A DNA stretch of 64,000 nucleotides, from the NCBI GenBank assembly GCA_963753975.1, contig CAVWEH010000001.1, positions 128,001 through 192,000 of the forward strand, read 5' to 3'. The notes beneath the pieces were generated by a model that made no database searches, was not told the DNA's origin, and worked only from the letters and a program-made list of their open reading frames with translations. Source of the stretch: an uncultured delta proteobacterium. GTDB lineage: Bacteria > Desulfobacterota > Syntrophia > Syntrophales > Smithellaceae. How positions within the stretch are numbered: the stretch's first letter is position 1; the number at the start of each line of letters is the position of its first letter. A program made the translations under genes and the position numbers. Of the stretch, positions 1-9,153 are shown in pieces.

Positions 1-937
1 AATGCGCCGGTTTTTTCCGGTAGCGAATCTTAGCTTCAACCTCACCGGGCAATTCGTCGGTCAGGAGATTAATATCGCCGGCAATCAGTCCGTTTGCCTG
101 CAGGGCTTTTTTTTCGCCCACAATAACCTGATTTTTTCGCGCATCGATGTCCACCACGTAAAGCGGCGTCTTTGCACTGATCCCTAATCCGCTGCGCTGG
201 CCGATGGTGTAAAAGATAATGCCGCGATGCCTACCTAAAATATTTCCCGCAGCATCAACAATATCGCCTGCGACTGAAGATAAATTCTTCTCCAGAAAAA
301 ACTGCCTGTAGTTGCCCTGAGTTACAAAACAAATATCCTGGCTCTCGGTTTTGTGCGCGACGTGCAGTCCCGCTTTTTTAGCCAGAGTGCGGACTTCCTC
401 TTTGTTCCAAGAGCCCAAGGGAAAAAGAATAGAAGACAAATCACCTGTTTTAATCGGATAAAGAAAATAAGTCTGATCTTTAATCCTGTCTTTCGGGCGC
501 ATTAAATGCCAAGCGTCTTCCCGCTTTTCAATGCGAGCGTAATGGCCTGTGGCTAAATAATCAAAACCGATGCCGCGGGCTTTATCTAGAAGGATGCCGA
601 ATTTAAGGTAACGGTTGCAATCTATGCAAGGGTTCGGTGTTTTTCCTCTTTGATACTCCGCAGTAAATTTATTTATAACATATTCTTTCATCTCCCGGGC
701 AAAGTCGAAAACAATATGCGGAATTTGTAGTTGATTGCAGACATGCTGCGCATCGCCTATGGCATCAGGTCCGCAGCAGCGAGCATGTTCACCGTTCTCG
801 CGGAAGTTGAGACACATCGTCGCACCGGTCACCGCATAACCATTTTCTTTGAGGAGCAGGGCGGCGACAGAAGAATCCACACCGCCGCTCATAGCTACAA
901 GAACTTTTTTCCCCGTAAAATTATCAGAATAATCCAT
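1..937 (-). CDS. mnmA: tRNA 2-thiouridine(34) synthase MnmA (3' end runs off the window)
   Basis: Absent from the ORF track because it has no stop in the window. Manual minus-strand translation from ATG 937 gives MDYSDNFTGKKVLVAMSGGVDSSVAALLLKENGY, then TPNPCIDCNRYLKFG, ATGHYARI, KDQTYFLY, ESQDICF and YTIGQRSGLGI, all MnmA motifs. Confidence 0.95.
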   Translation of the reverse strand, partial: MDYSDNFTGKKVLVAMSGGVDSSVAALLLKENGYAVTGATMCLNFRENGEHARCCGPDAIGDAQHVCNQLQIPHIVFDFAREMKEYVINKFTAEYQRGKTPNPCIDCNRYLKFGILLDKARGIGFDYLATGHYARIEKREDAWHLMRPKDRIKDQTYFLYPIKTGDLSSILFPLGSWNKEEVRTLAKKAGLHVAHKTESQDICFVTQGNYRQFFLEKNLSSVAGDIVDAAGNILGRHRGIIFYTIGQRSGLGISAKTPLYVVDIDARKNQVIVGEKKALQANGLIAGDINLLTDELPGEVEAKIRYRKKPAH

Positions 938-954
938 ATTAATATATTTTTCGT

Positions 955-1395
955 TTAAATATAACTCATAATATTGTTTCCCGCCTTTTCGCGGCGCGTC
1001 TGGACAAGGTCAGCCAGGGTAACGGAGTTTAGTGTTTCCCGGATCTTTTCGCCTAAAACAAACCAGATATCTCTTGTCGGGCAAATTCCCACCCGTGGGC
1101 ACTTTTGAGGATTCTCTACACAGTCCACTAAACAAATTTTTCCTTCCAGGGCAGCGAAAATATCTTGAACCGAAATTTCCTCCGGACGCTTGGCCAAGCT
1201 ATAGCCGCCACGTGCTCCCCGTGTTGATTGAATTAAGCCGGCGCCCCGTAACGAAATTACAATTATACTTAAATACTTTTCCGAAATCTCTTCTCTTTTG
1301 GCTATATCTTTCAAAAATACGGGTTTTTTGCCAAAATTTTCCGCCAAGTCGGCCATCATCCGTACCCCATACCTTGATCTTGTTGACAGTTTCAT
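955..1395 (-). CDS. Rrf2 family transcriptional regulator (IscR/CymR-like, three Cys)
   Basis: MKLSTRSRYG start, ISEKYL helix, STRGARGGYSL wing, and Cys cluster CVENPQKCPRVGIC. ATG 1395 preferred over the ORF-track start 1407. Confidence 0.9.
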   Translation of the reverse strand: MKLSTRSRYGVRMMADLAENFGKKPVFLKDIAKREEISEKYLSIIVISLRGAGLIQSTRGARGGYSLAKRPEEISVQDIFAALEGKICLVDCVENPQKCPRVGICPTRDIWFVLGEKIRETLNSVTLADLVQTRREKAGNNIMSYI

Positions 1396-1409
1396 TGCAA
1401 CACCCAATT

Positions 1410-1441
1410 AATACTACATAGACTATCTATTTAGTAGTATT
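1410..1441. promoter_or_regulatory. Inverted repeat AATACTAC-N16-GTAGTATT, candidate Rrf2 operator
   Basis: Perfect 8-bp arms just upstream of the rrf2 start, downstream of a minus-strand TTGACA at 1466-1461. Confidence 0.55.
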
Positions 1442-1492
1442 TAAAATAATGAATGCTTTTTGTCAAGGATTTTTTTGGGGAACCGTTTTCTC

Positions 1493-1521
1493 TTGACACC
1501 CGCAGGTGTCCTTTTTATAAT
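1493..1521 (+). promoter_or_regulatory. Consensus sigma70 promoter for the enoyl-CoA hydratase gene
   Basis: TTGACA (1493-1498), 17-bp spacer, TATAAT (1516-1521). AGGA RBS before ATG 1557. Confidence 0.85.
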
Positions 1522-1556
1522 CACTCACCAAAAATAAATCCGGAAGGAAAAAGAAA

Positions 1557-2339
1557 ATGGCTTTTAAATACGAGAAATTAAATGTGGAACAGGACGGCAT
1601 GGTAGTAGTCGCGGCAATTAATCATCCGCCGGCAAACGCAATGGGACAGGGTGTGTTGAGAGATTTGAATGACCTGCTTGATAAATGTGAAAAGGACGAT
1701 AATGTGCGGGTCATCGTTATCACCGGAAGCGGAGAAAAACTCTTTTCAGCTGGAGCGGATATTACTGAATTTGCGGATCTACAGAAAGGAAATGTACCCA
1801 AATACAACGGCAACGAAATCTATTTCAAGATCGAAAATTATCCGAAGGTCATTATTGCCGCAATACAGGGTGGTGCGTATGGCGGTGGTCTGGAACTGGC
1901 ATGCTGCTGCCATCTTCGAATCATGTCGGATGCCGCGACTTTGGGACTTCCCGAAGTGAAGCTCGGGCTAAATCCGGGATGGGGCGGAACACAGCGCCTG
2001 CCCAGATTTATCGGTAAAACAAAAGCCCTTGAGCTTATGCTGACTGGAGATTTTATACCGGCAGAAGATGCCTTGGCGCTGGGTCTTCTGAACAAGATTG
2101 TGCCGAAAGAAAAAGTTCTGGAAGAAGCCAAAGCTCTGGCCAAGAGACTCGCCGCGGGCGCTCCTATAGCGCAGAGAGAAATAATGAAAGCGGTCAGACT
2201 GGGATTAGAATCGAATATTCGTGACGGTGTCATGAAAATAGAAAGCGCGGCCAGTAAAGCACTTGTCTTTACGGAAGATTTTAAGGAAGGTTCCAGGGCA
2301 TTTTTGGAAAAGAGAGCGCCCAACTTCAAAGGCAGGTAA
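1557..2339 (+). CDS. Enoyl-CoA hydratase/isomerase (crotonase family)
   Basis: FSAGADI, GGGLELA and PEVKLGLNPGWGGTQRLPR, with both catalytic Glu present. Confidence 0.92.
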   Translation: MAFKYEKLNVEQDGMVVVAAINHPPANAMGQGVLRDLNDLLDKCEKDDNVRVIVITGSGEKLFSAGADITEFADLQKGNVPKYNGNEIYFKIENYPKVIIAAIQGGAYGGGLELACCCHLRIMSDAATLGLPEVKLGLNPGWGGTQRLPRFIGKTKALELMLTGDFIPAEDALALGLLNKIVPKEKVLEEAKALAKRLAAGAPIAQREIMKAVRLGLESNIRDGVMKIESAASKALVFTEDFKEGSRAFLEKRAPNFKGR

Positions 2340-2374
2340 GCTGGTGCGGTATTTTTAAAATCGCGAGAAACTTT

Positions 2375-2407
2375 ATGTCCCCCCTTGGTAATGGGGGGAC
2401 ATTTTTT
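2375..2407 (+). terminator. Intrinsic terminator
   Basis: ATGTCCCCCC-8 nt-GGGGGGACAT stem followed by a T run, shortly after the stop at 2339. Confidence 0.75.
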
Positions 2408-2456
2408 GATAATCAATGCATCACGCGGTGTTGATGTGTAAAAGGAGTAGTCTGCC

Positions 2457-4544
2457 ATGGACAAATTCTTTTATCCCCGGAGTATGGTCGTATTTGGAGT
2501 ATCGACTACGAAGATGAATTTAGGGCAGATCGTTCTCATAAATAACCGCCAGAATGGGTATGCAGGAAAGCTCTACGGTGTGGGGAGTGAAGAAGGAGAA
2601 ATTAGTGGTGTCCACGTTTATAAGAATATTGAAAGCCTACCGGAAACGCCCGATGTAGCCATTTTTCTGACACCCGCAAAAACTATACCGTCCCTTATGG
2701 ATGCCTGCGGCAGGAAAGGCATTCGCCGTATCGTTATCGAATCGGGCGGTTTCAGCGAATTTTCTTCCGGCGATCATTCTCTGGAAGAGGAAGTCCTGAA
2801 GATTGCCGAAAAATACGGCATGAAAGTCATTGGTCCGAATTGCATTGGAACCATCAACTTTGATATTAAGATGATGATGCCCTTCGGTTTTTTTAAGAAA
2901 ATACCTCCTCCCGGAGGTAAGGTGGCTCTTATGGTTCAGAGCGGCGGTGTCGGAGGGACCTTTTTGCGCTCTTTTGCAGGATACGGTGTGACTCCGGGTA
3001 AATTTGTCGCCATTGGCAACAAGCTGCAGCTCGACGAAGCGGATTTTTTGGATTATTTTTTAAAGGATGATAAAACGGAAATAATCACGGCTTATCTGGA
3101 AGGCTTCAAAAGAGGCCGGAAATTCCATAATCTGGCACGAAAATCCGCAAAGCCTATAATTATTCAGAAAGCGAACCGCAGTGAGGTGAGCGAAAAAATT
3201 GCCCAGTCCCATACGACGGCGCTATCCGGCAGTGATGAAGTGGTTGACGCTTCTTTTCAACAGGCCGCTATAATTCGCGTTGAAGATGAAATCGATTTAA
3301 TCAATGCCGTAAAAATTATCCGTCTTCCTTTGATGAAAGGCAGGCGCGTCGCCGTCCTTTCCCGTTCCGGGGGGCACGCGGTTCTCTCTGCCGATGCCTG
3401 TGCAAAATATGGTTTTGAGATGATTTCCTTTCCGCCTTCATTTATTAAAAAGCTCAAAACCATTTACCATACACGGGTCATTGCCCATCAAAATCCTCTG
3501 GATCTGGGAGAAGTTTTTGATTATACAATATTCACGAACATCCTGGAGGAAGTTCTGAAACTGGAAACGTTCGATGGCGTTCTCTTTAATCATCTTTATA
3601 TTGCCGAATATGAAGCGGAAATGTCACGGACATTCCTCATGGGCGTCGAAAAACTGGTGGCGAAATACCAGAAACCGGTTGCACTGGCCATGATCTCCGA
3701 GCGGGAGGAAATTCTCGATGTTTCGAAGAATTATGCCTTCCCTGTTTTTACATCGCCTCTGGAAGCAGCCGCAACTCTTCATGTTTCCCTAAATTATTAC
3801 GAACGTAAAGAAGCGCGAAACAATCGGGGTGCCGAACCCGTTTACTCTGTTGATCGAAACGCGATCAATGCTATCCGGGAGCGCTGCCGCGCAGAAGGAC
3901 GCATTCCCCTGACGGATGAGGCACTGGTTATTTGCTCGGCCATTGGATTGCCAATGGTCACGGGGAAAGTTATCCGTGATGAAGAATCGGTTGACGGATT
4001 TGATTGCCGCTATCCCGTTGTTTTGAAACTATTGTCCAGGGATGTCTCCCACAAATCCGATATAGGCGGCGTGAGAATAAATATTCCCACAAAAAAAGAA
4101 TTACGTGCGGCCATAGCGGAGATGAAAAAGACTACGGAAAAACTGGATCCGGCGCCCGCCTTTGACGGCTTCCTGGTGCAGGAAATGGCACCGGACGGCA
4201 TCGAATGTATTGTCGGTGGACGCAGAGACCCCGTTTTCGGTCCCATTGTTATGGTCGGACTGGGTGGTATCTACGTCGAAATATTTAAGGATAGGGCTAT
4301 TCGCTTAGCGCCGGTGACAAAGCTGGAAGCTGCGGATATGCTGAGAGAACTTAAAATTTATTCTCTCCTTCAAAGAGCCAGAGGTAAAGGACGTCTGGAC
4401 ATGGATGCTCTTATCGATGTTATTTGCCGAGCGTCATTTTTGATGGCTACTGAGCCTGATATCAGTGAAATGGATCTAAACCCCGTGATCGTCCATTCCG
4501 AAGGGCAGGGCGTTTCGATGGTAGATGCCCGGGTCTTTTTTTAA
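2457..4544 (+). CDS. ADP-forming acyl-CoA synthetase, fused alpha/beta (acetate--CoA ligase family)
   Basis: CoA-binding domain (IGPNCIG, QSGGVG), phospho-His motif SHTTALSG, NPLDL, and ATP-grasp SHKSDIGGV, DPVFGP, EMDLNP. Confidence 0.88.
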   Translation: MDKFFYPRSMVVFGVSTTKMNLGQIVLINNRQNGYAGKLYGVGSEEGEISGVHVYKNIESLPETPDVAIFLTPAKTIPSLMDACGRKGIRRIVIESGGFSEFSSGDHSLEEEVLKIAEKYGMKVIGPNCIGTINFDIKMMMPFGFFKKIPPPGGKVALMVQSGGVGGTFLRSFAGYGVTPGKFVAIGNKLQLDEADFLDYFLKDDKTEIITAYLEGFKRGRKFHNLARKSAKPIIIQKANRSEVSEKIAQSHTTALSGSDEVVDASFQQAAIIRVEDEIDLINAVKIIRLPLMKGRRVAVLSRSGGHAVLSADACAKYGFEMISFPPSFIKKLKTIYHTRVIAHQNPLDLGEVFDYTIFTNILEEVLKLETFDGVLFNHLYIAEYEAEMSRTFLMGVEKLVAKYQKPVALAMISEREEILDVSKNYAFPVFTSPLEAAATLHVSLNYYERKEARNNRGAEPVYSVDRNAINAIRERCRAEGRIPLTDEALVICSAIGLPMVTGKVIRDEESVDGFDCRYPVVLKLLSRDVSHKSDIGGVRINIPTKKELRAAIAEMKKTTEKLDPAPAFDGFLVQEMAPDGIECIVGGRRDPVFGPIVMVGLGGIYVEIFKDRAIRLAPVTKLEAADMLRELKIYSLLQRARGKGRLDMDALIDVICRASFLMATEPDISEMDLNPVIVHSEGQGVSMVDARVFF

Positions 4545-4674
4545 AAAGGTTTATCCGGTAAAAACAACCACAATTACAAAATAAAAAAACTATACTGTTC
4601 AAAAGTTATGTAGTAATAGGCTGAAAAACTGCTCACTGGATACTCACGAGAAGGAATGAGTCCTCATCAGAATT

Positions 4675-5856
4675 ATGAAAGAAGTCGGTTGTAAAATAAC
4701 TATTTTTGCCCTTTGTTCATTTTTTTTGTTCTCCGTAGTTGTGATTGAGACAGAAGCCGCTCAGGTACAAGAAAATCAAATTCGTCTCTATATCAAACAG
4801 GGAATTGAAAAAGCCTTTAATCTGGATAACGCAACCGCCAGCATTTATATGCAAAAAGCTTTAGAATTGGATCCGGAAAACCCAACCGGATACGCCTACC
4901 TGGCGATAATTCACTTATTTTTCTACGATATGAGCTTTGAACCGAAAGATCGGGATAGAAATCAAAAATTAATGCTGCATTACATTGATGAAACCATTGC
5001 CGCCGGTGAAAAAAGGATTGAGAATAATTCTAAAGATGGCGAGGCATACTTCGCTATGGCGCTGGCGAAAGTTGTCAAAGTTCACTGGGCTATTCATCAA
5101 AAGAGCTATTTCCTTCTAGCTCAGGAAACATCCGATGTCTGGGAATATTTGGAAAGAGCTAAGGAGGGAGATCCGCAAAATTATGACATCTATTTCCTCA
5201 TGGGTTTTCTTCATTATCATATCGATTATCTTTCCGGGTTGACCCGCTTTATTTCCTCGCTCTTGATTACCACGGGAAACCGTCAAAAAGGCATTCAAGA
5301 GCTGGAATTGGCGGCACAAAAAGGATACTTGCTCAAAGAACTTGCGCAAACCGAACTTTCCTCTGATTATTTGAATTTTGAAAACAACCCGGCAAAAGCG
5401 TTGCCCTATGCCCGGGAATTAAAGGGAAAATTTCCAAACAATTATAATTTTTTGTTCGCACTAGGCAACATCCTTTCCGGCCTGCATCGATTCGAAGAAT
5501 CCTTGGACATAGCGCGGCAGATTGAAGGAGGCATTCAGGCAGGTATTCCACCATTTGTTCCCCAACTCCAGCCCCGTTACAATCAATTAATGGGAAGAAT
5601 ACTTTTCCTGCAGGGAGAGTATGAAAAAGCGGCGGAATATTTTCAAAAAGCTCTAAACGATACATCTCCTTATAATGCCCGGGTTCGAGCTTTGGCTTTT
5701 TTGCGCATGGGGATGATTCACGATGCCCGTAAAGAAAGGAAGCAAGCGGAAGAGTATTATTCCAGAGCGCTGGAAGTGGAAGGCGGAGAAGGTGCTGCTC
5801 AGATAGAAGCCGGGAAATATCTGAACACTCCCTATGTACCGCCGCCTAAACCTTGA
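4675..5856 (+). CDS. Exported tetratricopeptide repeat protein
   Basis: N-terminal signal peptide; TPR-like repeats (ALELDPENPTGY, AAEYFQKAL, AEEYYSRAL). Confidence 0.75.
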   Translation: MKEVGCKITIFALCSFFLFSVVVIETEAAQVQENQIRLYIKQGIEKAFNLDNATASIYMQKALELDPENPTGYAYLAIIHLFFYDMSFEPKDRDRNQKLMLHYIDETIAAGEKRIENNSKDGEAYFAMALAKVVKVHWAIHQKSYFLLAQETSDVWEYLERAKEGDPQNYDIYFLMGFLHYHIDYLSGLTRFISSLLITTGNRQKGIQELELAAQKGYLLKELAQTELSSDYLNFENNPAKALPYARELKGKFPNNYNFLFALGNILSGLHRFEESLDIARQIEGGIQAGIPPFVPQLQPRYNQLMGRILFLQGEYEKAAEYFQKALNDTSPYNARVRALAFLRMGMIHDARKERKQAEEYYSRALEVEGGEGAAQIEAGKYLNTPYVPPPKP

Positions 5857-5997
5857 ATTCGCAGCGAGCATCCCCCGTGGCTTACTGCGGATAGCTCCTC
5901 AATTTTGTAATTGATTTTTAAGGTGTAGTTTACACAGCATTGGTCATCTCCAGAGCCTGAAATTCCTAGCTTATAAAACAATTATAATTATTTTTAT

Positions 5998-7005
5998 TCA
6001 ATAGTGATCTGCTGCGGTTTTACCCTTAAAGACCCTGTAAACAAACACCGTATATCCGACAACTATCGGCATTCCGATAAGCGCGATGACGCTCATTATC
6101 TTCAGAGTATACAAGCCGGTGGAGCCGTTAAAAATTGTTATGCTTAAATCAGGATCGTTGATTGCTTTGATCAGGTTGGGAAAGTGAGCCGCTCCTGCCG
6201 CCAGCCACAATCCAACAAAAGATAAAGACGATTTCCAAAAAATAGCGTTATCGTTTTTAGTCCTCACGGAAAAGAATGTTTCGGCGAGTCCCAGTAACGT
6301 AACAAGTATCGCCGCATAGAATAAAGGATTTTCCAGAAGAGCTTGGAAATTAAAAACCATTACAATAAAATAAATGCTGCCGGTCACCGCATTGACCCAC
6401 AGCAAAATGTTCAATACTCGAAAAGACCTCAGCTGCAGTTCGCCCTCGGTTTTCAGTACAGCGTACGAAGCCCCCTGCAGCAGGATGGCGGCAAATCCGG
6501 TGATGCCGAATAAAAGCGGCACGGGACGCAGCAATGTAAAAAAGTTTCCGGTAAACTCCATTTTATTGTCCAGGGGCACTCCATAGATAACATTACCTAA
6601 AGCGACGCCGAAGAGGAGCGCGGCAAGGCAACTGCCGGCAATAAAAAATATTTCCCATAGTCCGGTTCTGGCTTCGTCATTAGCGCGGAATTCCAACGAC
6701 ACTGCTCTAAATATCAGCGCCAGCAAAACAAGCAGTATCGCCGGATAAAAACCGGAGAAAGCGGTGGCATAAGCCTGCGGGAACGCGGCGAAAAGAGCTC
6801 CGCCGCCGGTAATCAGCCATACTTCATTGCCATCCCAGAAAGGCCCTATGGAATTTATCAGAATGTCCTTTTCCTCTTTTTTCTTGCCGAGAAACCGCAG
6901 GAGCGTTCCGATTCCCAGGTCAAACCCATCCAGAAGTGAATAGCCCAGAAAAAGTATAACTATAAGAATGAACCATAATATTTGAAAGTTTTGGACATTT
7001 TCCAT
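5998..7005 (-). CDS. cydB: Cytochrome bd ubiquinol oxidase subunit II
   Basis: LDGFDLGIG, GPFWDGNEVWL, FRAVSLEFR. Confidence 0.96.
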   Translation of the reverse strand: MENVQNFQILWFILIVILFLGYSLLDGFDLGIGTLLRFLGKKKEEKDILINSIGPFWDGNEVWLITGGGALFAAFPQAYATAFSGFYPAILLVLLALIFRAVSLEFRANDEARTGLWEIFFIAGSCLAALLFGVALGNVIYGVPLDNKMEFTGNFFTLLRPVPLLFGITGFAAILLQGASYAVLKTEGELQLRSFRVLNILLWVNAVTGSIYFIVMVFNFQALLENPLFYAAILVTLLGLAETFFSVRTKNDNAIFWKSSLSFVGLWLAAGAAHFPNLIKAINDPDLSITIFNGSTGLYTLKIMSVIALIGMPIVVGYTVFVYRVFKGKTAADHY

Positions 7006-7047
7006 CGTATTGCTCCTTCCTTATTCTTAACCGGTCATTTACATCAA

Positions 7048-8355
7048 TTATGGCTGTGGTCCATTTTTTACAAATTTTATAAACAGTATTATAAACATTA
7101 TAAACAACAGCGAATAAACCAATGAAAACATTATCAGGCTCCCCAGAATGTCGCTTGCGGATACGACCACGGAAGCGCCGTCAGCGGTTTTCATCAGTCC
7201 GTAAATTATCCATGGCTGCCGGCCGACTTCCGCCGATATCCAGCCCGTTTCATGGGCGATGTGGGGCAGTGGTATGAGGAAAGGAAGGGAATACAGATAC
7301 GTTTTTGCCTCATAGATTTTTTTTGTTAGCAAAAGAAAAGCACCCAGCAGCCCCATGGCAATAGAGAAAATTCCTATTCCCACCATTATATGATAAGTCT
7401 GAAAGATAAAATTGACGGGCGGCCAGTTTTCTTTAGGGAATTCTTTCAATCCTTTTATTTCCGAGTTCCAATCAAAGTTGTAAAGAAAACTCAAAGCATT
7501 GGTCACGTAAATTCCGTAGGTTCTTTCGTTTTGTTCATCGACAAATCCCGCGATATAAAGAGGCACGCCTTTTTGAGTCACAAAGTGTCCTTCGAGCGCG
7601 GCCGCCTTTTCCGGCTGCATATTGATTACTTCTATCGCATGTATATGGCCTGTGGCCAGCTGTAAAAGCGGAGTAATGGCGAAGAGTATTATGCCGATTT
7701 TCAGCATCGTCCTTGCTGTTTGGCCGTGCAGGCCTTTTCTTACATAGTACCCGGCAATGCCCGAGATCATTATTGCGCAGGTCATCCACGAAGCCATTAC
7801 CGTGTGACAAAAACGGATGATTGTTGACGGATTAATAACTGCTTGTGTAAAATTGGACAAAATAATTCTTCCAACTTCATTTATCTGATAGCCGGCGGGA
7901 GTTTGCATCCAGGAATTGGCGGCCACTATCCAGAAAGCGGAAAGATGTCCGCCTATAAACACCAAGAGTGCGGAAAGCCAATAAACCGTCCGGGAAACTT
8001 TGTTTCTGGCAAAAATTAAAATTCCAATGAATACCGACTCCAGAAAAAAGGCGATAACGCCTTCCGCGGCCAGAATTGGTCCGAAAATATCCCCTACGGT
8101 TCTGGAATATTCCGACCAGTTCATGCCGAAGGAAAATTCCAGAGTAACGCCGGTTGCCGCACCGATTACAAATATCAATCCGAGCAATTTAGCCAGGAAA
8201 TCGGTAATCTTCCTATAAATTTCATCTTTCTTGATCAAATATAGTGTTTCCGAAATTAGTATGACCAGGGAAGTTCCCAATGTCATAGCCGGGAAGAGAA
8301 AATGGAAGCCTACGGTAAAGGCGAATTGAATCCGGGCAAGGAGTAATGCACTCAT
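7048..8355 (-). CDS. cydA: Cytochrome bd ubiquinol oxidase subunit I
   Basis: ARIQFAFTVGFHFLF, FFLES, ANSWMQTP, QPEKAAALEG, EVGRQPW. Confidence 0.96.
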   Translation of the reverse strand: MSALLLARIQFAFTVGFHFLFPAMTLGTSLVILISETLYLIKKDEIYRKITDFLAKLLGLIFVIGAATGVTLEFSFGMNWSEYSRTVGDIFGPILAAEGVIAFFLESVFIGILIFARNKVSRTVYWLSALLVFIGGHLSAFWIVAANSWMQTPAGYQINEVGRIILSNFTQAVINPSTIIRFCHTVMASWMTCAIMISGIAGYYVRKGLHGQTARTMLKIGIILFAITPLLQLATGHIHAIEVINMQPEKAAALEGHFVTQKGVPLYIAGFVDEQNERTYGIYVTNALSFLYNFDWNSEIKGLKEFPKENWPPVNFIFQTYHIMVGIGIFSIAMGLLGAFLLLTKKIYEAKTYLYSLPFLIPLPHIAHETGWISAEVGRQPWIIYGLMKTADGASVVVSASDILGSLIMFSLVYSLLFIMFIILFIKFVKNGPQP

Positions 8356-8491
8356 AGATACCTCCAGCTTTTAATTAAGTGACATTACCGGATAAATTTC
8401 TACTTTTCAATAGTATAATTTTCTGGTTGTTATTTGATAATGAAATATATTATTGTATAACCTAATAAAAAATTAAATTTCAGGAGATATT

Positions 8492-9052
8492 ATGGCAAAT
8501 TTGATCAGATGCAAAGCGTGTGGCTATGTAACCGTAAAAGGTAAGATAAAGGACGTATGCCCGGCATGTGGAGTGCCCGCAAAGATGTTTGAACCTTATC
8601 AAGACCCCGTAGCGGAAAAAAGACGCAAAATCCTGGGGCTGCATATTCATCCCATTATTGTGCATTTTCCGCAATCTTTCGCTTTTACTCTCTTGGTCCT
8701 GGCTGTTTTATCTTTTGTCGCACCACCTCAAATTAATGGAGTTTTGAATTGCACAACACAGCTGATTTCAGCTGCTCTTCCATTTTTTCTTATTCTGGCC
8801 TTGCTCACCGGACTTCTTGACGGCAAAACCAGATTCCGGAAAGTGACAACGCCTTTTTTGAAAAAGAAAATTATATTCGGGTTGAGCTTTCTAATTACAT
8901 CTATTGTTATTGCCGTTGTTGCTCTTGCACTGCCGCTATCGGCGATACCCGTGATGGCATTATTCGCCCTGCTGACAATAATAGCTGTGGGCTTTAGTAT
9001 TGCGCTGGGCTTGATCGGCGACGAATTAATGGAAGCGAAATTACCCGGCTGA
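8492..9052 (+). CDS. Rubredoxin-like domain fused to an HPxxVHFP (DUF2231-like) membrane domain
   Basis: CKACG...CPACG at the N-terminus, then HPIIVHFP and about four hydrophobic helices. Confidence 0.72.
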   Translation: MANLIRCKACGYVTVKGKIKDVCPACGVPAKMFEPYQDPVAEKRRKILGLHIHPIIVHFPQSFAFTLLVLAVLSFVAPPQINGVLNCTTQLISAALPFFLILALLTGLLDGKTRFRKVTTPFLKKKIIFGLSFLITSIVIAVVALALPLSAIPVMALFALLTIIAVGFSIALGLIGDELMEAKLPG

Positions 9053-9153
9053 ACTCTAAGCTATTTTCACATTTTCATTTTTACGCTACACCATGTTTGC
9101 CGCATCGATAGCAGTTTACTTAAAATTTGCCTAAGATGAAAGAAAGTAAGCAT

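Noticed and set aside
2..958. Plus-strand ORFs 2..187 and 731..958
   Set aside because: Antisense shadows of mnmA. The same applies to most short ORFs overlapping called genes.
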